A DNA stretch of 63,626 nt, filler included, from Octopus bimaculoides (GCF_001194135.2; 7 parts of 6 records of this genome joined end to end with filler, not necessarily neighbours in it); one strand, 5' to 3'. Shown: positions 11,081 to 24,100, counted from the whole stretch's first letter. Numbers and translations are program-made. Notes: generated from the letters alone by a model not told the origin.

Positions 11081-13841
11081 ACAGAAGTAGCAACTTAACT
11101 CCATCATCATCAACTTGTTGAAAGTGAACATCTGAGAAGATTTTTTGAAGTTTGATGTTTGAAGGAACGATGTGAGTTTGTGGCAATGGCGAGTGTTGGG
11201 TTTGGTGGAAATAACGAGACACAATACATGTGAGGCAAGACGGGGAACTTGTAACAACTTTGACTGCTTTGTTTGTATGTTGGCCAAGACTAGCGACGGT
11301 GGAGGGCCATATGGTTTCCTTGATACGAGCAGTAACTGGGCTTTTACGTTGCGAAAAGAGTGAGTCAAGATTGTCACATGATAATAATCACGTGATTATT
11401 GTAGAATCTGTTGATGGAAGCAGTGTGTGACGAGAGGAGGAGGAGGAGGAGGAGGAGGAGGAGGAGGCTTAAGTGCATTTAGATGACGTCTCTGTACAAA
11501 AGTTTAACGAGGCTTGGAAAGTGTTACCATCTGTGCAGCATCGATTGTAGTTAGAGGTGACAGTAATGGGTTAATGAACCAGCGGAGGTGGGTGGGATGG
11601 ATGAAAGAATCGAACTTTAGGACACACCAAAACCTGGATTTTTTTAGGGGCCACACCAAAAACAGTAAAACACAAGTCAATTAAAGAAAAATTTATTATA
11701 TTTATAGAGGTGAGACTGTTGGGGGCCACCAGAAAGATGCTTGAGGGCCGCACGCGGCTTTGGTCCAGAAGATTCATCTCAAAGGTAACAAATGGATTGT
11801 TGAGGTAGCAATTAGCAGGGTGTCGGAAAGACACGTATTCTGAGTTCGAATCCCACAGAGGCCAACATTGCCATTCACACTTTCGGGGTCAATAAATGAA
11901 GAACCAGCCCAGTATTATTTATTGTCTGTCTGCCTCACTGCCTCGATTTTTTCTGGTTATAGGACCCTCCTTGCATTGTGTCACGCTGGTTCAACCCGAA
12001 AATTATGCCATAGAGATCCCTGGCAGCGGAATACGTTAATTCCACGAGAAGGAATTCAAACAACTCACCATCGACTCAAACTGAAAATCCATCCATCATA
12101 CACTATTGTATCCATGTCTGTCTGTATGTCCATACACACCGACAGACATGCGTTTAAAACAATATATATTAACCACGTAAATAAGTATATAGATTTTAAC
12201 CATCTGTTCGTTAACGTCAATATTTTCACATAATCCTTAAAGCAAAAAAAAAAAATCCCCAAACGTCAACCACCAACCAATAATTTCCATAAATCGTGTT
12301 AACTAATCAGACAAGAACAGTCGGTCGCTTTGTCATTCTTGTTTCTTTTCCAATCGAACTGCTGTCTACCTGCCAAGTAACGCTGTGTAACCAACACCAT
12401 CTGCTTAACAGCTCCTGCTAATAGAGTAATAAGTGCAGTCGACTTTATAATGTCTATAATGACACTGAGAACGGCAGTAGGTAGGATCATTGAATCAGCA
12501 ATTAGTTGAAGCTCGTCTTAAATTACTGTTGTTGCTGTTGTTGTTGTTGTTGTATAGCCACAGGACAGTTTTGAACTAGCAGACCTATATGAGAAAAAGA
12601 TTATCGTCTTGTATTTTGTGTATCAGATAGTACAGTTTTCAATGAATACTTCTCTTTTTATCAAAGTTAAAACGGGTTTTGAGGAAATCATGTTGCATAT
12701 CTAGCAAATTAAGTGACCACTTAAAAGCTGCTTCGACGGTTTGTATACGAGCGTTACTCTGAGTATTTGAATGAGAGAGATTACTCATGACTCAAGTTTC
12801 CTTTGACTATAACAAGGTACCATAACGAAATAAAGGAAATATAGTCTGTTGATGTAAGATAAAGGGAGCTTCGTTAGGATTCACCTTAAAATCGATAACC
12901 AACAACCCTAAGAATTTATGTATAAAACGCTGAAAATATTAGTCGTCAGCCAACTAAAAAAAAACGGACGAAACGCTATCGTATTTAATGTGGTGTAAGC
13001 ATACGAAACAGTGATGATCAAAATAAAGATGTTTACAAATATTCTTAACATATTTCTTAAACACTAAAACATGAAAAGCATTCGCAGTGGGATTTTGTTT
13101 CGGAGGAAAAATTCTTTCAATGGACTTTTTGTATGAAAACACATCAAACTAAAATCTAAGTGACATCAGCAATCTACAATACACAATGTTTCGGCGTGAT
13201 TCTCTCTCCTCGGTGATATATATCAGTTATTTGTAGCTATGCTAGAACTTGTTTCCATATATCAAACAGAAAACAAAACATGAAACCAAATTATATTTAA
13301 TGTGTTCTTATTTCCAATGCAGTAGCATAACAGCATTTATTTTCACTTTATCGCCCACTTTTTGCTATTTTCATTGTAGACTTAAACTAATTATTCATTC
13401 ATTTTAAAACAAATTTACCATTTTTTTTCCAAATTGCGCGGGAATCTCTAAAAGCTGCGACAAAATTACATTTTACTAATCTAAATGCTAAAACTCCCAC
13501 TAGCTTAGATGTTTTATATACTGGTTCAATAATGTCTGATTCTTGATAAATTATTCGTTCTTAGGAATAAATATCATAATAGACGGAAGTAAATTATGCT
13601 AAATATATCAAATTGTTGTCGTGCTAACTCGTATACATTTTTATTGGCCTTTATGGTGATCTCATATCACTAGATCTAACAAACACTAGAAACGGTTATA
13701 TGTCACTGAGAAGGTCTGATAAGGCTGGAATATATCTACAGTTATCACTGTGCTTGTCAAAGATAACATTAGAGTAACACTGATCCTAAAACTAATAATT
13801 CCACTTTCTCATTATATGTGTAATTAATATTTTAATGAATT

Positions 13842-14030
13842 AAGGTGGCAAGCTGGCAGAATCGTTAAACAGCCAGTCAAAATGTCTGAGTTCAAACTCC
13901 GCCGAAATCGACTTTGCCTTTTATCCTTTTGGGGGTTAATAAAATAAGTACCAGTAGAGTATTGGAGTCGATGTAACCGACTTACTCCTTTGCTCCGATT
14001 TTGCTGGCCTTGTGCTAAAATTTGAAACCA
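13842..14030 (+). mobile_element. SINE family A
   Basis: ggtggcaagctggcagaatcgtta...ctgagttcaaactccgccgaaatcgactttgcctttt atcc...aagtaccag; B-box-like GAGTTCAAA. Confidence 0.8.
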
Positions 14031-14558
14031 ATATTTTAATGAAATAGAGTTGTCGCCCCTTTGTCATGATCAGATGTAATTAACATTGATCATTGATTTT
14101 GCTCTCCTCACGATGAAATTAATTGAATTCATTGACTTTAGTTCCTTTCATTTACTATGTTAGCAGATGATTAATTAAAACTATAATGATTTACAAGAAA
14201 ACCCCATCTATTAAGTTTATCAAATGAATTGCATGACAAATGATATCAACATCCAAATCACGAAGTTTACAAACGTGGGAAACTTAACATACATATTGTG
14301 TATAGTTTATCGTTTATTGAATATCATATATCATATATATCGTTTATCATTCACCATACACGGTATAACATATTTCATATTTCATATATCGTATATTATA
14401 TATCATGTATTATATATTGTATATTATATATCATACGTCATATATAACATTGTTTAGCGCAGATCGAACATCGTATATCATATGTCAGATATATCATATA
14501 TCGAATATTGTATTTCATATATCAGGTATAGAATATCGTACATTATATATCAGCGGAA

Positions 14559-14767
14559 AGGCGGCGAACTGGCAGAATCGTTAACGCACTGGACGAAATT
14601 TTTAGCGGTATTTCGCTACGTTCTGAGTTCAAATTCCGCCGAGGTCGACTTTGCTTTTCATCCTTTCAGGGTCGATAAATTAAGTACCAGTTACACACTG
14701 GGGTCGATGTAATCGACTAGTCCCCTCCCCCAAAATTCCACGTCTTGTGCCTTTAGTAGAAAGGATT
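14559..14767 (+). mobile_element. SINE family A
   Basis: ggcggcgaactggcagaatcg...gttctgagttcaaattccgccgaggtcgactttgc...taagtaccag...ggggtcgatgtaatcgac. Confidence 0.85.
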
Positions 14768-15150
14768 AAATATCAACTGAAGGCTAGTTTAATAAATTTG
14801 TCTCAATTTGCTGTAACGACGACATATTTAAATCGCGATTCAGCGAAGTGAAAACGGGAGAAAATGTTAATGACGTGACATGTTGTCTAGATGGAAGTTG
14901 ATCTTGTCAAATCTGGGGATGGAAGATCTGATTAACGATGACTTTACATTATTAGAGGGATCCTTTACGTGTCACGTGACCTTCCACAAACAACAAACAG
15001 ATGTCTCTGAATTCGTGACTACCCAACTGCATGGTTCCGGCTTCAGTCTCCCTATGTGGTGCCTTGGGTGTCTTCTACTATTGCCTCGGGTCGACCAAAC
15101 TGAAAGAAGCCCGTCGTATGTATGTATATATATATATATATATATGTTTG

Positions 15151-15183
<33 letters not shown>

Positions 15184-16007
15184 CCTCTGCCACCGCTTGA
15201 CAATCAGTGTGAGTGTGTTTATGTCCCAGTAACTTAGCGGTTCTGCAAAAGATACCGATAGAATAGGTAATTCATTTGACTGAAACTAGCAAAAGATAAA
15301 AGAATTAAAATACAACAACAAAAACATATGACCCCCCCTTCCCCTCGCAAACGTTGGGCCCTTGTGCTTACGACAGTCAAAAAGCAGTGTTGATGTTTGG
15401 GTGACGCTCCCTATACACGTAACTTAGCAGTGCAACAAATAGTGGTGAATACACTTAGCACTAGAATTAAGTTCTGTAGTTGATAAGGTCGACAAGAACT
15501 ATCGAATTAGATGCCCTAGCATGGCCGCAGTTCAGTGAGTGGAATTAGTCAAAGAATAAAAGAAAAGAATATACGTGACTGGTGTGACCGTTTCTTGAAA
15601 ACATTTCTGTTAAAGATCGATTGAAATGGGAAATAAATAAATAAACAGATAAATAAATAAATAAATAAATAAATAATATAGGAAGTTGGGAAATAAGGAA
15701 GATGAAATAATTGGTTGGATGAAATAATTGAGAAAGAAAAAAGAAGAAGAAAAAAAGAAAAAGAAATGGAAAAACTCCACAAGAGGACCTTCTCTTTCTG
15801 CGAAGCAAACAAATCGATAGATTTCTGTGGATGTCGATAGAGAATTTTGAGTGAAAATTTTAAGAGATGAAGAGATGCTTGTTATTGGTGAGAAAGGAAT
15901 AGTAGTGGAGTATTGGGTGAGAGGGTGGGGAGTCAAGTATTTAATTAGTGAGTCTAGTTGGGGGTGGATGAGGGGAGAGAAGGGGAGGGAGAGAGAGAAA
16001 GACAGAG

Positions 16008-16060
<53 letters not shown>

Positions 16061-16479
16061 GAGGATAAACTTTGCATATGTTCTCTCGAGTAGGATTCTG
16101 CTTCCATGAGGGATATACATACATACATACATACACACACACATATGTATATATATATATATGTGTATATATATATATATGTGTATATATNNNNNNNNNN
16201 NNNNNNNNNNNNNNNNNNNNNNNNNNNNNNNNNNNNNNNNNNNNNNNNNNNNNNNNNNNNNNNNNNNNNNNNNNNNNNNNNNNNNNNNNNNNNNNNNNNN
16301 NNNNNNNNNNNNNNNNNNNNNNNNNNNNNNNNNNNNNNNNNNNNNNNNNNNNNNNNNNNNNNNNNNNNNNNNNNNNNNNNNNNNNNNNNNNNNNNNNNNN
16401 NNNNNNNNNNNNNNNNNNNNNNNNNNNNNNNNNNNNNNNNNNNNNNNNNNNNNNNNNNNNNNNNNNNNNNNNNNNNNNN

Positions 16480-16516
<37 letters not shown>

Positions 16517-16569
16517 ATATACAAATGCATGTATATCTGTTCTTTTATTTCGTTTTTTTTTTACTTGTT

Positions 16570-17056
16570 TCAGTCATTTGACTGCGGCCATGCTGGAGCA
16601 CCGTCTTTAGTCGAGCAAATCGACCCCAGGACTTATTCTTTGTAAGCCTAGTACTTATTCTATCGGTCTCATTTTGCCGAACCGCTTTATCAATTTTGGG
16701 GGTAATAATGATATCTTTAGCTTCATTTCATTTGTACACACATTGCTATATTTCAAGCTTTATTGTTTTTATGTGGTGAGAATATTATTCATTGTTATTG
16801 TGGTGTATAGGATATTCGAGATATACGGGGACGTAAACACGTCAGCATCAGTTGTCAAGCGATATTGGGGATGGACGGACAAACAAAGACACACTCACAC
16901 ACATATACGACGGGTTTCTTACAGTTTCCATCTGTCAAATCCACTCATAAGGCATTGGTCGGCCTGAGGCTATAGTATAAGACACTTGCCTAAGGTGCCA
17001 CGCAGTGGGACTGAACCCGGAACCATGTGGTTGGTAAGCAAGCTACTTACCACATA

Positions 17057-17060
<4 letters not shown>
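16570..17060 (-). mobile_element. SINE family B (tRNA-derived, near complete)
   Basis: Minus-strand head tggctatgtggtaagtagcttgct...ggttccgggttcagtcccactgcgtggcacctt with A- and B-box-like motifs. Partial copies at about 15025-15270, 44465-44592, 45240-45400, 46240-46430 and 52040-52125. Confidence 0.8.
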
Positions 17061-17152
<92 letters not shown>

Positions 17153-17167
17153 AAGAGAGAGAGATAG

Positions 17168-17208
<41 letters not shown>

Positions 17209-17297
17209 AAGAGAGAGAGAAAGTATATATATGTGTGTTTGTATTTATATCATATCTATACACACATACACACGAACATATGCAGATATGAATACGT

Positions 17298-17334
<37 letters not shown>

Positions 17335-17599
17335 TGCATAATCCCAAACGTTATTGAGCGATCCTTCAATTTGATGTTTAACTGTTTTTGTCTTCAGCTT
17401 TATCGAAAACCAAGCATTAGTACAGATTTACACACGTCTACATATACATGCACACATAAACACATACATAGACAAACGCACACACCTACCCCCGCGCACA
17501 AATATATGAATAGATGGGCGCAGGTGGGGCTGTGTAGTAAGAAGCTCGGTCGAGTGTCCTCTGACAATGCTGACGAAGTGACGCGACTCTATGGTTTCT

Positions 17600-18400
17600 A
17601 GGATTGCGGAATATTTTCATTTGTATTTTTCTTTTCACCTTCTGTCTGAGTGTTTCTCTGTAAAGAAAAGATCGGGATTTCTTTTGCTTTAATTATGGCA
17701 TGGTCTATTAGCTTAGGGAGTGGGGTAGTTTCTGCTTTCGAACTAACATATTTAGTTCTCCTAATCGTTTCTCGTCTATTTGTGTCTGTAAATACTGAGA
17801 ATGTCTTGCCATATTGAATGCTGTGTTCCTTTTGATAGAGGGAAGAAACACAGCATTCTACCTTTGGCCAAACCGATACCTTCCAATTCTACGTCATTCA
17901 TCAAATCTCCGGCAAATTGAAGAATCACAAATTATCAACAACTGAAGACAATCACCAAATCTCAAATGATTCTTAATAATGGCGAAATTCACATTGGTGA
18001 AAGAAATAATACAGGTAACAAACTGGAGGACATGTGAAAGAATTGCACGAAGAACGACCAAAAGCTTGAAGACTGGGAAGGAATTAAAAAGGAATGAAAA
18101 TATGAATTGCAAAACAAAAGAAATCTCATCTACTGCATCACGTGGCCACAATGCAACGAGAATGACTTTGGAGAAATAGGGATAAAAGTAACCAGCTGTG
18201 CAAAAGAGTGCACAAACGGCAAATTAAAGATTCATCTTTTAGGAATATACCCCGTTTACAGAATAAAAGACGAAAATGATCAACTACGAAAGGCAAACAA
18301 GAAAAAAAGAATACCTTATAAGAATTCTAATTTCGAAACTAGACCGGAAGTAGTGAACACCATTCGTAAAAACTTTTGCTATACAGGTTAGCCCGGAACA
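17600..18400. mobile_element. Penelope-like retroelement fragment (RT thumb and GIY-YIG endonuclease) with a 5' inversion
   Basis: Plus strand 17870-18400: YLPILRHS...RQSPNLK*FLIMAKF...MNCKT / NLIYCITWPQCNENDFGEIG...IYPVYRIK (GIY-YIG). Minus strand 17845-17600: IKRNTAFNMARH...KRLGEL...LIDHAIIKAKE. Confidence 0.75.
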
Positions 18401-18561
18401 CGTGTATTTGTAAGGTTGAATAATGAATGCGCTTACACACAAGGAGCACACACGAAGTACACAAAAAAACGAAAAAATTTTCCATAAATTTCCGTGACAT
18501 TCCATCTTTGAAAAATGTTTATATATATATACATATATATACACACACAAACAAACATATG

Positions 18562-18607
<46 letters not shown>

Positions 18608-18895
18608 AACAAACACATATATATATATAAGCAATGTTAAATCTCTGAACGAGGTATTAACAGTAACTGCACGACAAGGTGAAGTATATTTGCCACTTAA
18701 ATGCGGCTGACCCCTAAGGGTGGATGTTACTGTTGCTTTTAGCCTCAGGAGAACATCTCCTCCAGCTGGCTATTGACNNNNNNNNNNNNNNNNNNNNNNN
18801 NNNNNNNNNNNNNNNNNNNNNTTAATTAATTAANNNNNNNNNNNNNNNNNNNNNNNNNNNNNNNNNNNNNNNNNNNNGTGAAATTGTTTTAAACG

Positions 18896-19122
18896 TATTC
18901 GAGGAGTGCTGAAAAGTTCCTGGCTTTGGATAAAAGAAAATTCAGGAGAATCAGTTAATTATGATTTTATTCAACATATTCCCTTCTCAGATTCACACAC
19001 TTATTGCAGAGGTCCTTCAGTTTCTTCTAAGCCCTGTAAAAGAACTTGGAAGGTTGGGCCTCCAACCAGGCCTTTCGTGATACTCTAAAAGCCAGGAACT
19101 TTTTAGCACCACCCCCCTCGTA
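18896..19122. mobile_element. Mariner-derived MITE (about 225 bp)
   Basis: TIRs cgaggagtgctgaaaagttcctggcttt / aaagccaggaactttttagcaccacccccctcgta with TA ends; no coding capacity. Confidence 0.8.
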
Positions 19123-19171
19123 CGCTAAACTATCGTCAGCGTAAAATGCGTTGGTTATATATAACTTTCTT

Positions 19172-19265
<94 letters not shown>

Positions 19266-19359
19266 ATATGTAAACAAGTTGGCTTTGTAGTAATAGTTCA
19301 TACTACGATAGGCAAAAGAAAAAAATGTCTCTGATATATATACACATATATAGACATAC

Positions 19360-19546
19360 ATTCCCTTCATCCATGGCTCAGATTCATCGTTCCATTCGAA
19401 AGCGTGGAGGTGGTTTCCGTTCAGTTTGGCAAAAGCATAACAGATGTGCGTACACAGTGTTGGGTCGATACTCTCAGGGAAATATTTGCCGCCAGCTGGT
19501 CTGTACTGCGACCAGTTGGTATGGTAGCAAACTCGACGGTAAGCCT
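19360..19546 (-). CDS. GH18 chitinase, N-terminal catalytic-domain exon (AYRRVCYHTNWSQYRPAGGKYFPESIDPTLCTHICYAFAKLNGNHLHAFEWNDESEPWMKGM)
   Basis: The motifs VCYxTNWSQYR, IDPxLCTHxxYAFA and FEWND are diagnostic of animal GH18 chitinases. Acceptor ttcgttgcag|AG and donor GGA AT|gtatgt; 187 nt, phase 1 to phase 2. Confidence 0.95.
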
Positions 19547-20834
19547 CTGCAACGAAATTATAAAATTTAGTGGACAAGTACATAGATATGAGTTTGATCG
19601 ATCGATCTGTTTATAGATATGTGTAAGACTAGTACATACATATAGCAATGCTGTTACCAGTCCAAATATGTTTGATGCACGTTCGAACGGGGGAACAAGC
19701 TACTCACTGCATCTTGTTACAGAGAATGTATCTCGCTTGTTGACAAATGATGTGTATCCACCTAGATCAGTTCGCAGTGCCATCTACCTAGATTGTGAGA
19801 TAGATGCTCGCAGGTCGGGAACAGGGCTCAAAATACGAGGGTTTCAGACATTCACGTGTCGTACGAATATAGAAGTGTTTACTATTTATAGTGGAGTTGC
19901 GATATTGAGGATTTGCGGTTAGATCTGCAATTTCCTTTTTATCCGGCAGGGATGAAGAGAGTGTTTCGTCGTGAACAGAGTAGAGGGACGTTGGAGAAGA
20001 CCCCAAAAAAGGGAAAGTAAACGACAGACTTTCATCAATAAAGTAAAACAAACGCTGTGTGGCTTTAATGGTTGCAGCTGTCACTGGTTTGATTTGGTGT
20101 GGTTGGCCATTTGGGTCTGAAGGAAAGTCGTTTGATAATGAATCCGGAAATGGCTTAGTTGCCGGAATATTTATTGAGATCGCTGGAGAAAATGGTTCAG
20201 TCGGAAGCTGAAGAAGTTGTTGTGATTTCTCACTTGACAGCTGAGACAGGGAGTGTCCAGGACTTAGTAATATATGTGTGCGTGTGCATGTGTGCGTATG
20301 TGCATGTATACGTATACATACATACACACACACAAGCAGTAATTATAACGATATAGAACATGGAGACTTGTCTATCCCAACATTTATTTCCTCTTATTTT
20401 ACAATTTTACGCAGCATATTTTTATGGTCTTTACGACCTTCACGTGTTTCTGCTGCACAGATTGTGGGCAGTTGCAGATGCAATCAGGCACGATTTTAGG
20501 TGCAGCTTCTTCGGGGTATATTCGTTTGGCTACTTTAGAAGCGAACTGAGCAGAGTTAGTTGTTTGCTAGTTAGGATTCAGGGGGAGGTGAGGGGATTGT
20601 TTTGAAACTAAAAGCTGATCCGTTTGTAGAGTTGCTGCGCGGTTGACCTCACCAGTTACTGCCCGAAGACAGGGCTCGGTTTAATGAAACCAAGGTTGGT
20701 GTTAGTGTTTTCGCAGGGCTCCTTGGGCACTCTAGTGGTTGGCTATGCTGTGGCCTGTAGCCTTGTTTTTAAGTGCAGCCCTCGTAGAATAACGGTTTTA
20801 GCTGAGCATGTATTCATTTTCTTGGCTGTGGTGT

Positions 20835-21110
20835 TTATGTTTTGCGATATACATTCTTTTCTACTCAAGGCACAAGGCCCGAATTTTGGAGGAGGGGACC
20901 AGTCGATTAGATCGATCCCAGTACGCAATTGGTACTTAATTTACCGGCCCCGAAAATATGAAAGGCAAAGTCGACCTCTGCGGAATTTGAACTCAGAACG
21001 TAAAGACAGACGAAATACTGCTAAGCGTTTAACCTGTTTTGCTAACGTTTCTTATTTCTTTACTGCCCACAAGGGGCTACACACAGAGGGGACAAACAAG
21101 GACAGATTCT
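20835..21110 (-). mobile_element. SINE family A inside the chitinase intron
   Basis: Reverse complement of family A (aaggcaaagtcgacctctgcggaatttgaactcagaacg) plus the tail ccacaaggggct...gaggggacaaacaagg. Confidence 0.8.
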
Positions 21111-21509
21111 AACCGAGATCCAACGTTCCTTCATTGGAATTTCAACATCAGCAACAGGTTATTTTTGTTTGTCTGTCTGTCTGTATGTATGTATGTATGT
21201 ATGTATGTATATATGTGCAGATTTGTATGTTTTATGTATGTATCTCATACATAGAGTTATGTATGTATGTATGTATGTATGTATGTATGTATGTATGTAT
21301 GTGTGTATGTATGTATGTATGTATGTATGTCTACTTGCTGATGCATGCACGAACGAATTTGTTGATACGTAAAAATCGCATTATGACGTATTCAAAAGAT
21401 GACTCATTACTTTTGAAGCAAGGAGTTCTTTGTTTGTAACTCAACCATTTCTTGGTTATTTCGGTAAATTATAACAAAAGAATAAAAGAAATTTATAAAT
21501 ACAACTTAC

Positions 21510-21561
21510 GGCAGCCGACACTGCACAGAGCAAAAATCACCAGTAACCTAAGAGAAATCAT
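21510..21561 (-). CDS. GH18 chitinase, first coding exon (signal peptide MISLRLLVIFALCSVGC; exon 21510-21565 includes 4 nt of 5'UTR)
   Basis: Minus strand reads ttttattttttacag|AACA ATG ATT TCT CTT AGG TTA CTG GTG ATT TTT GCT CTG TGC AGT GTC GGC TGC C|gtaagt. Canonical acceptor and donor, hydrophobic signal peptide, and a phase-1 end that joins the next exon (C|AG = Gln) in frame. Confidence 0.9.
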
Positions 21562-21769
21562 TGTTCTGTAAAAAATAAAATTAAAAGGTGAAATACATTA
21601 ATATCCATGAATCTGTGTATTTTCGTGGAATTGGGTGTCGAAAATTGGGATCAAAATGTTATCAGAATTAACTTATGTTACTGATAAACGCTTATAAACG
21701 AAGACATCCAGCCATCGATCTTCTCCACCAACTATTGATGGGGAGGTCGTTTGAGTAGAGTTCCCGGAT

Positions 21770-22010
21770 ACTTTCTCCATAGGCTCCTCTCAGAAGTCAC
21801 AGTCATTATACTTACTGGATGGATTCATCAAGTGTGACAAACTGAGAGTATGGATATTATTCAACCATCGCGTTGTTGGTCAAAATCGAAGTCTTCTGCC
21901 GATTGGCTCGGCTTGAAGAATCCGCCTTGCGATGCTTCCCTGCGACAGTCTAATCACATGTCTTTAATACCAGCGCTGTAACCTCTCAAAGCGAAGGCAT
22001 TTACTTCGAA
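21770..22010 (-). mobile_element. RTE-like LINE, 3' ORF end
   Basis: Minus strand RLQRWY*RHVIRLSQGSIARRILQAEPIGRRLRF*PTTRWLNNI, a decayed LRWxGHVxR...GxRxRGRPxxRW motif. Confidence 0.7.
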
Positions 22011-22175
22011 GATATTCTGGGGAAGAATAAATTTACCAAAGCACCAACCAATTTCAGAATAAATAAATTAGATATGGACAATATTTTTTCTGTTTTCACT
22101 TTTTTAGCATTAGAAATAAACGTAATGAGGATTAAACCGGCGATTAGGAAGAAAAAATCATTATTGTTAACTTAC

Positions 22176-22367
22176 GATTATTATTAAATGTTAGCTTATT
22201 TCTAGTAATCAAGCGAAAAAGATAACTTTGAACATTTCTCTGTTCTTTGCGGTTGTCAGCAGAAACATAACCTTCGCTATAAATTATCAATTAATCCCGT
22301 TTCCTGGCGCTGTTATTTTTATTTATTCATTTATTATTATTATTTTTTGTAACTGGGCTCCTTTATA
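22176..22367 (-). promoter_or_regulatory. Candidate TATA box (TATAAAG, 22367-22361) and non-coding first exon ending at a gtaagt donor (22175) for the chitinase
   Basis: The chitinase ATG exon begins at a splice acceptor, so an upstream UTR exon is required. This is the nearest strong donor (taatc|gtaagt) with a TATA box about 190 nt upstream. The assignment is inference only. Confidence 0.3.
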
Positions 22368-23114
22368 AAAAAACTTTCGCTTACGAAAGTTTCTATAAGG
22401 TGACCTAGTTAGTTAAGGGCTCGCAAGGAATGGCGAATGTTACGTTTCCACCGACGACGACTCAGGATACAAAGACGTTAAGAGTTACCTCTCTTTTGCT
22501 TGCTCGATTAAGTAATAATCTTATCCAGCCCTTAATATTTTCACTTCATCACTGTTTTTAACCCCCAACCCGTTTGTGTTTATTTCTGATACTAAAAACA
22601 CTGGAATAATGAAATTCATTTTTTAATTACTAAATTATGGGAGTCACAACTCCCTATATAATATAATACAAGGATAAGTTTGATGAACATTAGAACTTTG
22701 AATTCGAACGGATCCTTCTTATATGTTTAAAAAAGACATAAGAAAAACAGACGATAGTTAACAACAACAACAACAGCAGCAGCAGCAGCAGCAGCAACTA
22801 ATACAGCTGGTCTATCGTCGAACAGTAATATCCTCTCTTTGAACGTCCACTTCAGTTTTTACAAGTGATAATCCAGAACAGAAAGGAGTGTGTACCGCAA
22901 ACTGACCAATCAGCTCTTTGCACTTGTGACGAAGCCTGCAGCTTTCGCAATGGCCCAGTGTGGTCACATCCAACTAGACAGAAGCAATAAAAAAACTGAT
23001 ACTTTTTTTTCTTAGGTTTTGCCATTAATTAATGTAAATGTCGTGTTTGATGCGTCGAATGGAAGATAATGGCAGTATGTATGTATGTGTAGACATAAAC
23101 AAAAAAATATATTC

Positions 23115-23430
23115 TTTTCTACTCTAGGCTCAATGCCCGAAATCTTTGGGGAGGGGGCCAGTCGATTAGATCGATCTCAGTCTGCAACTGGTACTTAAAT
23201 TATCGACGCCGAAGGATGAAAGGCAAAGTAGACCTCGGCGGAATTTGAACTCAGAACATAAAGACCGCTAAGCATTTCGCCCAGCGTCCTAACATTTCTT
23301 ATTTCTTTATTGCCCACAAGGGGCTAAACATAGAGGGGACAAACAAGGACAGACAAAGGGATTAAGTCGATTGTATCGACCCCAGTGCGTAACTGGTAAT
23401 TATTTAATCGTGCCAGCTCGCCACCTTAGA
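23115..23430 (-). mobile_element. SINE family A plus tail and a partial second copy
   Basis: aaggcaaagtagacctcggcggaatttgaactcagaac...ctaagcatttcgccc...gccagctcgccacc. Confidence 0.8.
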
Positions 23431-23488
23431 ACCAGAAAATGAAGTGTATATAAATGTATGCATTATTGGGCGCATTTATATATACGTT

Positions 23489-23560
<72 letters not shown>

Positions 23561-24058
23561 TACACGTATCTATACGCACACACACATNNNNNNNNNNNNN
23601 NNNNNNNNNNNNNNNNNNNNNNNNNNNNNNNNNNNNNNNNNNNNNNNNNNNNNNNNNNNNNNNNNNNNNNNNNNNNNNNNNNNNNNNNNNNNNNNNNNNN
23701 NNNNNNNNNNNNNNNNNNNNNNNNNNNNNNNNNNNNNNNNNNNNNNNNNNNNNNNNNNNNNNNNNNNNNNNNNNNNNNNNNNNNNNNNNNNNNNNNNNNN
23801 NNNNNNNNNNNNNNNNNNNNNNNNNNNNNNNNNNNNNNNNNNNNNNNNNNNNNNNNNNNNNNNNNNNNNNNNNNNNNNNNNNNNNNNNNNNNNNNNNNNN
23901 NNNNNNNNNNNNNNNNNNNNNNNNNNNNNNNNNNNNNNNNNNNNNNNNNNNNNNAGCTTTATATTACATTAATCTTAATCTTATATATATATACATATAT
24001 ACATAATCTTATATATATATATACATATATATAAAATATATATATATGTGTGTGTGTG

Positions 24059-24100
<42 letters not shown>

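Noticed and set aside
12299-12490. Minus ORF MILPTAVLSVIIDIIKSTALITLLAGAVKQMVLVTQRYLAGR
   Set aside because: No recognisable family, no chitinase motif, no convincing splice sites.
18822-18833. TTAATTAATTAA palindrome recurring six times
   Set aside because: Always centred in an exactly 100-nt N block; an artificial all-frame-stop gap marker.
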